A program made the position numbers and the translations under genes. From positions 277,654 to 329,121 of the forward strand of contig RQSC01000019.1 of NCBI GenBank assembly GCA_013416795.1: DNA of 51,468 nt, given 5' to 3'. Below are positions 42,490 through 51,468 of the stretch, one piece after another; positions within the stretch are counted from its first letter, which is position 1; each line of letters starts with the position of its first letter. This DNA comes from Prasinococcaceae sp. CCMP 1430. Lineage: Eukaryota > Plantae > Prasinodermophyta. The notes beneath the pieces are model-generated. The model made no database searches. It was not told the origin of the DNA and saw only the letters and a program-made list of their open reading frames with translations.

Positions 42490-43125
42490 NCGCGCGCCAA
42501 CCCAAACCGCCGTCGGGCGCAGCGGCGCCGCCGCGCGGCCAGAAACGTTCACAATGACGTGACACACAAACGATTCTAAACCCTTCGTGCGATCCAACCT
42601 CAACACCCCCGCGCGTGGCCGGCGCGCGCGCACCCGCCCGCGCGCACCCCACCGCGGCGCAATTCAGGTCAGAGTAATCAGGGTCCATTACATTCGTCAG
42701 AAGACGTGCGTCATTGCACGCATTTGACGCGATGAGGTTTGGGGATGCCCCGCGGCCGGCTTCATCGAAAGCGCGCCCGGAGCGCGCGGGCGTTCGATTT
42801 TGATTTTGATTTTTTTTACTTTCCCTTTTCATTTTTTTTGCTTTTTTTCTTGCCGACGGAGCCAGGCGAGGGGGAGGTCGAGGGCGGTCGAGCGCCCGCA
42901 GCGCTTTTTTTTTTTTTTTTAACGATCAAAGGGCGTCGATTGGACCTCGCGCATGCACCAACGAGAGCGTTCGAATGCATATGAGTCGCCCGTGGGTACA
43001 TATGACTTCCATGGAGAGGTGAGATCCGATCGGCGCGGCACCGGCGCCGGCGCTGGCACCGGAAGGGTTTATTTTGATCCTTTGTCCCCCATATATTCAA
43101 ATCTGAATCGAGTGCGGTCTATCCT

Positions 43126-44635
43126 ATGCCCGCGCTTGACCCTTACTGTAAGCATGTGTTTGGGTTTGGGGTTTGGCTTTCGCGCGCGCCACCTCAGCGC
43201 GCGGATTTATTGGGGCGCACTTTTTCGGCGCGGGGGCGCTGGCAGCGTGTGCGGGGTGGGCGCGGGCCCGCCACACCGATCGCGCCGCGCGCGCCAGCGC
43301 GACCCGGGTCCGAGCCGCGCCGAGCGCAGGGCGAGGCTCCCTCGCGGCCGCGACAGAGGCGGTCGGCCCATCCGATCGCGACGTCGGCGGCGCGCGGCCC
43401 CCACGGCGGCACGCGCGGGCGCGCCGCCTCCGTCGCCGCCAGGGCCGCAAACCACAACGTCCTCTCCGTCGAGGTCAAGGACGGGGCTGGCGGCGACGAC
43501 AGCGATGCCATCCAGGGAGTCGAGCGCCCCGTCATCCTCGGCGTGACGCTACCCGAGGACCGCCAGACGCAGTTCCTCATAATGGCGGCCGGCGCGCTGA
43601 CGTGCTCGCTGGGCTTCGCCGCCCTGCAGGAGTCGGTGTTTCGCATCCCCGGATTTACGTACCCGGGCTTCATGACGCTGGTCACGTCGGCGTGCTATGC
43701 CGCGTGCGGATTCATCGAGATGGGGATCAGCACGAAGGGAAAGTTCACTCGCAACGGCACGTGGAAGAACTACTGGATATTGTCCACGATGACGTTCGGA
43801 GGCATGTTCCTGACCAACTTCGCGCTCAAGTTCCTCAACTACGCCACGCGCATCGTGTTCAAGTCGGCGAAGGTGATCCCGGTGATGCTGTTCGCCACGA
43901 TCGTCAACAAGAAGACCTACAGCCCGCTGGAGTACTTTTCGGCATTCACGCTGGTGACCGGCGTGGCGCTCTTCACGCTGGGCGACGCGGCGGGCGGCTC
44001 GGTCAACTTCAACCCCATCGGCGTGGTGCTCATCACGCTCGCACTTTGCGTTGACGCGCTCACGTCCAACTTCGAGGAAAAGGTCTTCTTCCGCGTGGGT
44101 AAGCCCTCTTCGCAGGCAGAGGTGCTCGGGTACGCATCCCTGCTGGGCTGCTTCTGGTCTCTCATCCAGAACATTTCCCAGGGCGAGCTCGGGCCCGCGC
44201 TGGCCCACGCCTCAGAGCACTCCCGCGTCATTCCTTCGATCTGTGCCTTCTCTGTGCTTGGGTATGTGAGCGTTGGCTTCGTGCTCTCTCTCATCAAATA
44301 CTTTGGCGCGACAGGTACGCACGAACGCGCCGCCGCGTCAGCGCGGACCGCATGTTAAATGCGCCGCCCGTGCTTTGGTTGCGTGCGGCGGGTCGCGCCC
44401 GCCGGCAGTGGCTACAGTTCTGACACGCGCTCGCGGTCGGGCGCACATTGCAGAGGCGGAGATCGTCAAGACCCTGCGCAAGGTGCTTTCGATCATCATC
44501 TCCTTCGCGCTCTTTCCGAAGCCGCTGAACTGGCAGTACGTCGTCGGCTTCGCCGTGGTATGCGCGTCCATCTATCTCACAACCAAGGCGAAGAAGATCA
44601 AGCGCGAGCAGAAGGCCCTCGCCGGCGGCGCGTGA
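43126..44635 (+). CDS. Nucleotide-sugar/PAPS transporter (UAA family, UTR2/4 or SLC35B3-like); intron 44315..44453, possible intron 43148..43297
   Basis: LTNFALKFLNYATRIVFKSAKVIPVM, KKTYSPLEY, LFTLGDA, DALTSNFEEKVF, KTLRKVLSIIISFALFPKP. Multiple TM helices. Confidence 0.88.
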
Positions 44636-45110
44636 TCTCCCAACTCGTCCGACGATTGTTCAAACCCTGCCATCGCTGGCAGGGCGGCAGACACGGCAAC
44701 GCTTCCTCGAGCGTGGAGTCATCATGGTGCCCTCATACACCTACACTACATACGCCTTCGTTACAGATATCAACGCACCCTGCGTGTCGAAAGAGTCTCC
44801 CTAAAATGGGCAGCAGCAGGTCGCTCTAGAGCACAATACGAACGGTGCCCACTAACGCCATCCATCCCCAGGGGTAGAGGCAACCGCGGGATTGCGGTCC
44901 AGTACAGCAGCGAGAGCCTCGAACCGCACGACTATCATACGTGCCGAACGAGATGCCCGTCATCGATGCCACGCCTGCCCTCGCGCGCGCGCGCGCGATT
45001 GACGAGTCCTGCGGTGGCCTCGTGCACAGGCATGTTAGCTAGGCGGTAACTATCTATGAGTGCTACTGTTTTATACTGGGGGGATGGCAGTGCTGTGCGC
45101 ATGCCCCGAC

Positions 45111-45347
45111 CTATTTCGGAGCGCAACCCCCCTTTTTCCTGAACTTGCAGTTCGTCTTAGCGTCGCCTTTCCTGCACTTCTTCTTCGACTTGGCCTTCTT
45201 GCAAAGCTTCTTGACCTGCTTGGCGGAGAGCCTGGCCTTCTTGCGCTTCCTGGCCTTCTTCTTGGCCTCCTTCTTGGCCTCCTTCTTGGCCTTCTTCTTG
45301 GCCTTTTGGGACTCTTTCGACTCCTTGCTCTTCTCGCTCGTGGCCAC
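45111..45347 (-). CDS. Lys/Cys-rich coding exon downstream of the TEP stop; probably an alternative TEP C-terminus
   Basis: VATSEKSKESKESQKAKKKAKKEAKK...LCKKAKSKKKCRKGDAKTNCKFRKKGGCAPK*, with strong AAG/GAG/GCC codon bias. Preceded by canonical intron 45462-45348. No ATG of its own. Confidence 0.55.
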   Translation of the reverse strand: MATSEKSKESKESQKAKKKAKKEAKKEAKKKARKRKKARLSAKQVKKLCKKAKSKKKCRKGDAKTNCKFRKKGGCAPK

Positions 45348-45476
45348 CTTCGGATGGGGCAGGAAAGACAGGGACCACGGGCGCGCATGCAGCGTCAGCA
45401 CGCGGTGGTACGCCCCCCACACGTACAGTATGACTGTGTGCTGCCGCGGCGCGCGCGCTCACCTCACGCCCGGCGT

Positions 45477-48400
45477 CTACGGGCGAAGGAGCTGCGGCAC
45501 GGCGAGCGCGAGTGTCGTGCCCGCGAGCAACGCCAGGGGCGGGGCGACCGCCGCGGCGGCAGCGGGGCTGTCCGAGGCCTCTTCATCGTCCTCAACGACG
45601 ACGACCTTGCCATCCACACGCACCGGATTATCGATGATCACCTCACCGTGGGCGCTCTCCACGCTGTCCGCCCCCACGCTCCCCGCGCCCGCCAGCTCGG
45701 GCACGTAGTACGCGAACATGTCTGATGTGGCCGGAGCGAGGTCATGCACCGCCGCCGAACGCTCCGCGCGAAAGCTCAGACACGTTTCTTCCTGGCCCAC
45801 ACCGGCGAGGTAGATCTCGGCGCCACCCTCGGCCGCAGGATCGGCGCGCTTCACCACCGAGGGGGCGCTCGACGCCAGCGACGCCAGCGAGGCGGGGTCG
45901 GCAGCGTAGCCCGAAAAGACGCCCGCGCGCAGCAGCACCATGCCCGAATGCTCGGCCTGCGCCGCGTTTGGCGAGCTACCGTCAACGCTCGCACAGGCCG
46001 TCACCGAGAGCGCACCGCCAGCAGGCCTGGACGTGTCGTTGACGTATCTCATGCGCAGAGTGTACGTGGGTGCGATGGGCGGCGCTATGGTGTTGTAGCG
46101 CAGCGAGAGCTGCACCAGCGCAATGCCGTCGCCTGACCCAGACAGCGAGACCGAGCCGCCGGGGGAGACGCTCGCACGCTGCAGCACGAGCGCGTTTTCG
46201 CGGTTCACCTCGAAAGTGGCTGTTGCGGCAGTGCCGCCGTCGCTGGCGGTGATCCGCACTGTGCCCTGCGTAGCAGCCAGGGCAGCGGCGTACTCCGAAA
46301 GCGCCTCGAGTGCCACCACAGTGTCCTGCGTTGAAGAGAAGCCACCCTGTGAGTTGCGCTGTGCGAGCAGCCACCGCGCGGCGGGCGCCGCATCCGCGGC
46401 GCGCCCCGCCGCCAGCAATGCCTGCAGCGCGTAACCCGTTGCTTCGACCTCCGACGAGCTCGAGTGCGGGGCATAGGGCAGGGCGTCTGCCGCGAAGAGA
46501 TCAAATGTCGGGGCACTGCCGGTGGGCCAGTACGCCGTGCCGCTGTCGCCGGCGACAGAAGCGGCCAGGAGCGTGTTCACGGCGTCGTCGACGATGCCCG
46601 ATGGGCACGACTCAACGGCCGTGTCCGCGTTCGCACACGCCTTGACGAGCGCGGCGCAGGCAATGGTGAGCGGGTAGCCCGTGAGCCGGTTCAAAGCGTC
46701 GGCCAGCACATCGACTGCGGCCTCAGCGGCAGCCCCTGCCGCGTTGCGCAGCGAGGGGATGCGGCGCGCCTCAGCAAGGGCTGTCAGAACGAAAGCGGTG
46801 AGCGCATCGCCTGGGTTCGCCGCCCCGCCCTGCATCTCAGTGTGGATCACGTCGCCCACCTCGTCAAAGTGGCCGTCGCGCTCCTGGGTGTTTGCGAGGA
46901 AGGCCGAGGCCTGCGAGAGCACGCCGGTGTCCACCGCGATGAACTCGTATGGCTCGGCGGCCGCCTGCGCGAAGACCTTGAGCACGAACGCCGTCAGCCA
47001 TGTCGACGCAGACTGGTCCTGCGTGCCGAAAGCAGAGAAGCCGCCATCGGGGTGGCGGTAGTTGAGCTCGCGCTGGTATCCCACCATCATGTTGCTCACT
47101 GCGCGCGTCTCGGTGTCCGAGTCAAGCTTGTTGACCGCGCTGAGGTAGCTGGCGACGTACACGTTGGGCGCTAGCCCGATCATGTTCTGCTCGCCGCAGC
47201 CGGATGGCATGCGCAGCAGTGACTCGAGGCCCTGCAAAGTGGGGCCCATCACGTCGCCTACCACGCTCAGGTAGGCGCGCGCAGAGCCTTCAACGACGTC
47301 GCCTGGCAAAGACGCATCGAACGTGTACTCTGTAGAGGCGTCTGCGTTGGCCTCATCGCGCAAGTCTATGAGCACGTTCTGCACGGTCTCGCGTTCGAAG
47401 CCCTCCGCGCGCACGACAACTGCGCGCGTGACTGCGTCGGAGAGTCCCACAGCCGCCGGCGTCGTTGCCTGTAGCGAGAGGCCCACCGCCCCAAGCTCGG
47501 TGAAGCGCACGAGCAGCTCGATGGCTGCCGAGCCACCGGCAGGCAGTTCGAGCGCCCCGCCATCGGGAAACCCTGCGACAACCTCCACGCCAGGCGAGTC
47601 GCGCAGCGCCAGCGTGACGGCGATGTCCTCGGCTCCGTAATTGTACACGCCGACGGGGACGGTGAGCGCCTCGCCCCGCACAACGCTGTACGGCAGTCGC
47701 GGCGAGAGGAACAACTCTTTCTTGACCACCAGCTCAGCCGAGGCTACGCCAGCGGTCGCAGCGACGCCCAGCCCGACATCAGGGGCCGACGCGAAGGCGC
47801 TCAGCTCCCACGTCGTGATGGAGTCCGGGGCGGACTGCGCCAGCGACAGAGCGCCATCGGTTCCCACGTCTGCGCTCATCCACACCCATGACTCCGGAAA
47901 GAACTTGCGCACGCGCTTGACCGAAGTCTGCGCGGCACCTGTACTCTTGCCGGCACTTTCCTCGGCCCCAGCGGTTGTAGCCTGGGGTGCACCTTCGTCG
48001 AAGGCGACGTCCGCGGCGCCGTCGGCGAAGGCGGCGCGCTCAATGGCAGCGACGGGCATAGCCTCAGCCACTTCAGCGTCGTCAAAGAGGTATCCGAAAT
48101 ACCCGCCCCCGCTGTACGAATTCAGCTGGCACTCGGTAACGACTGTGGTCTCTGGAGCCGCCAGCGAAACGCCTGCCTGTGCGAGCACCGACGTCGCCCA
48201 ACGCCGCGCGCAGCTGGGGCGGCTGGGCAGCTCCGCCGCGCCAGTCTGCGCCTCAAGCACGCGCTCGGCGGTGAGCGCCGAGCTTCCACCAAGCAGGCTC
48301 ACTGCGCGGTCTACGGCCAGTACAAAGGCACGCGCGCCCGGCGCCGCCTCAACATTGATCGCTATGCGCTCCCCGGGGCGCGCCACGCTCGTGTTGAATG

Positions 48401-50439
48401 AGGCCGCAGCGCTGTGGGCCCCATCGACCGCAGCGGCAGTCACGTCGAACGCCATTTCGTCAGCAACGAGCTCGCCGTCGGGTCCTGCGTACACCGCCAG
48501 CAACGAGCTGGAGGGCGCCATGGCATCAGTGGCGACGAAGCTGATCATGGTGGCGGTGGCACTGGCGGCGGTGGCAGCACCGGCGGCGACCACGCCTCCC
48601 TTGGCTGCCACGACAAAGTACGACACGTCAGCAGTTCCAGCGGCCGTGGAATAGAGCGCGGAGACACTGAACGTCTCACCCGAGGGCACTGTCGCACCGC
48701 CAGCGATGTCGTGCGACGTCGCCGCTAGCAGCAGACCGCTGCCCGACACCGACAGCGCGCGGGAGGAACTAGTGCTGGCGTACACACCGCTGACGGAGCT
48801 TTCCAAGTAAAATCTCGCGCGCGTGTAGCAGCACCCACGAGCGACAGGCTCGGTGCCGCTGCCACTGCCGTATGGCCACGCGGCCCCCTCTTCAACCCCC
48901 TCCCCGGCCGTCGTGTCGTAAACACAAGTCGCCGAGTCGTCAGGCGCCTCAAAAGTCAGCGTCGCGCTTCCGTCGGCGGCCGTTCGCACTGTCCCGGAGA
49001 CCTCCACGCTTTGCGTGCGCTGGCACGTACGCCAGTCGTAGTCCTGCGAGAACGCGCCGCGAATGGTCAACCGTTCGCCGACGTGACCACCACCGCCCGC
49101 GGCCGTGGCCAAAACAGACACGCTCACTGGCACCCCCGGCGAAAAGTGGCGGTCGGCGGAGAGCTCCACACTGTAGGCGTTGCGCTTGGCGTCCACGTTG
49201 GCGCTCGCCTGTGCCACGGCACCAGTTGCAGCCTCAGTGACCTGAGCCTCGACGATGAGCGGGTTGCCGCTGTCAAATATGCTGTCGTACGCCTCGGCAC
49301 CCGCGGCGGTGAGCGCGAGCTCGAGCTGCGCACTGCCGTCAATGGCGCCCTCGAACGTCGCGATGAGCGTACCAACGGCGCCATTTGACCTTGTCGACGT
49401 GCCGCCGACGTCGCTCCCGACGCCTTTCTCTGCGAATTCCGGGAAGCCGCCCCAGTAGTGGTAGTAGCTCTCGTCGGCGTACACGCTCACAGACACCGTG
49501 CCCTCGACGGGCTCGCCGTAGGTGTACGTGGCGCTAACAGTACCGTCAAGCGTCTGATCGCCCTTCACAACGGCAGCAGCGAGGTCGAGGTCGACCTCAA
49601 ATTTGGGCAGCACGTACTCGTCCACAGAGAATTTGGCTGACGCCGACGAACCGGACTCTGGAGCCTATGTGCGCACGCGTGATGGCGGGCGCAACTCGCG
49701 CTTGCAGCGTCAGACTCGCGCACGCACATCCATAACCCAGCCTGCGCGCACGCCCTCAGTCCACACGCACCTCAACGTCGACGGTGTAGATGCCGAGCGC
49801 GGGCTCGGCAGCCGTGGGCAACACGATCTCAACGGCGCCTACCAGGTCGGCATTGCGTACCCAGCGAGCAATGATGACGCCGTCTGGGTTCGAGACGGTC
49901 ACGTGAATCTCCTCACCGGCACCAACCGGCACGAGCGCGGCATCCATAGCGAGCGCGCGAATGCGCACGCTTTGACCGGGCTTGTACACGGGCTTGTCTA
50001 TCTCGATGAGCACGATGGGCGACGCCGGCTCGAGCACAGTGATGGTCGCGTGCACGTCATCAGCACCGGGTGCGGTGGCGATGAGCTCAAAGTTGCCCGC
50101 GGGGAGGTTCGCTGGGAATTCCAGACTACGGAGATCAGGCGCGATCCCGCCACCCCACGTGACCTCCCACGTCGCGCTTGGCGTCGGTGCGTCGTCGCCT
50201 TCCCCGTCGTCGGTGTCTGTGTACAGCCTGAGCAAGATCCGGGTCTCGACGGCTTCCACCGCCCCGAGGGTGCCGAGCGCGGGCGCGACGGCGATGCCCG
50301 CGCGTTCGCCAGCGCGCACGTGTGAGGGTGCGACCACCATAAATCGCGCGGGAGCGGCCTCGGCGGCGAGCGCCGCCAGCGCCGCCGCGTTGACCGCGAG
50401 CGACGCCGCCGCGATGGCGATCCACGCATCCGCGGCCAT
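45477..50439 (-). CDS. Thioester-containing protein, alpha-2-macroglobulin/CD109/TEP family; join(50439..49771,49664..45477), ~1618 aa
   Basis: Signal peptide, DKPVYKPGQSV, FSVDEYVLPKFEV, RKFFPESWVW, PDSITTW, LPYSVVRGE, LRMPSGCGEQNM, HPDGGFSAFG, VIHTEMQGG, GGFSSTQDTVVALEALSEY, YYVPE, hydrophobic tail. 106-bp phase-0 intron. Confidence 0.93.
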
Positions 50440-50677
50440 GGCGGCGGCCCGCGCCGCTCTGGCGCCGCGCCCCTTCCCCCGGCGACGCGCGCGCACTACG
50501 TACTGTTAAGCGTGGGTCGGAGAATATGCTCGATAATCTTTCCGAAATCCTTCCAAAATACGATTTATGGCGCTGGTAAATATATAAGATAAGACTTATA
50601 CCCACAAAACGACGGAGTTTTAATGCGCCGCCCGGCCTGCACTTCCTTCCATCAAGTGCGCTCCGCCCCTGCCTACT

Positions 50678-51425
50678 CTACTCTGCCTTCTTCTTCTTCT
50701 TCGCGGGCGCGACGTGCGCGTACCACACGATCTGCAGCGCCATGGCGGCGTTGGTCGCGGTGCCCAGGCCGTACGCCATGAGCATCGACGAGCTGCCGCC
50801 CTCCTGCATCTGCGGGCGACCCCGCCAGCGCGCGCGTGGCGGAACGGCGAGTGTCGGTGGACGTGTTGGGTGCCGGGGGGGGGGAGACGCGCGTCGGGGG
50901 TTGCGTCAGCCAGCGGCGCTCGCTGGCATGCACTGCCCGGCTAGAGAGGAGCGCGTCCGCGCCCTCAGCACCTACCGTGGTGAAGATGCGCACGAGGCCG
51001 CCCGCCACCATGAGCGCAGTGGTCACTAGGCTCAGCTGGCCCGTCGAGCCGTTCGCAAAGTTTGCGTACACTTGCGGCAGGCGCGCTGCCAGCAGGAGCG
51101 CGTTCTGCGAGCTGAAGAGCGTCTCGAGGAGGCCGTCGGTGACGAGCTCTGGCTTCAGCGCCGCATATGCGGTCGCCGGCAGGCCGACCGCCATGACCAT
51201 CGCGCGCAGGCTGGATCCCTTCGCGCCCGCGTACATGTGCAGCAGCATCACGATGATGTAGCTCTGCACGGCGATGAAGGCCGTCTCTCCCCACGCGTTG
51301 AAGGGCAGCCCCGAGCGGAACGCGTAGCCCAAGCTGAAGGAGTAGCACAGCGTCTCGATCTCGAACATCGACAGCGAGAGGCCCTCGCCCGAGCGCGCGG
51401 ACACGATGGCGAATATTTGGGGGAG
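50678..51425 (-). CDS. MPDU1: MPDU1/Lec35-like PQ-loop protein, 5'-partial; exons 51425..50976 and 50809..50678
   Basis: Two PQ loops (LPQIFAI...SGEGLS; RLPQVYANFANGSTGQLS), PFNAWGETAF, and a KKKKKAE* ER-retrieval-like end. Confidence 0.85.
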
Positions 51426-51468
51426 CTGCCCGCGCGCGCGCGCACGCACGCGCGCCGCGCGCGGCCGC

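Noticed and set aside
45477-50439. TEP as bacterial or animal contamination
   Set aside because: It has a host-style intron, high GC, and no gap between it and its algal-style neighbours; still worth confirming with long reads.

Overview
High-GC eukaryotic nuclear DNA, gene-dense, with short spliceosomal introns (GTGCG/GTACG/GTGAG donors, CTGAC branch points, mostly CAG acceptors) and five N gaps, several sitting on gene 5' ends. Beta-amylase, organellar GluRS/ProRS, a plant-type STY/ACT kinase and a CDKE-type CDK8 point to a green alga; a prasinophyte-grade or Prasinoderma-like lineage is my inference. I find about 26 protein genes, almost perfectly alternating in strand, and no rRNA, tRNA, CRISPR array or recognisable transposon. 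The standout is a ~1618-aa animal-type thioester-containing protein (alpha-2-macroglobulin/CD109/TEP family). It has a signal peptide, an intact GCGEQ thioester, a complement-C3-like catalytic His and a GPI-like tail, and it is followed, across a clean intron, by an unexplained Lys/Cys-rich coding exon. Other points of interest: a prokaryote-type UDP-galactopyranose mutase, a Moonraker-like centriolar protein, an IF1-motif/TMEM242-like protein, a GTAC-dense palindromic divergent promoter, and a CDK fragment antisense to an E2 gene whose first exon is missing. All family assignments come from remembered motifs, not database searches.
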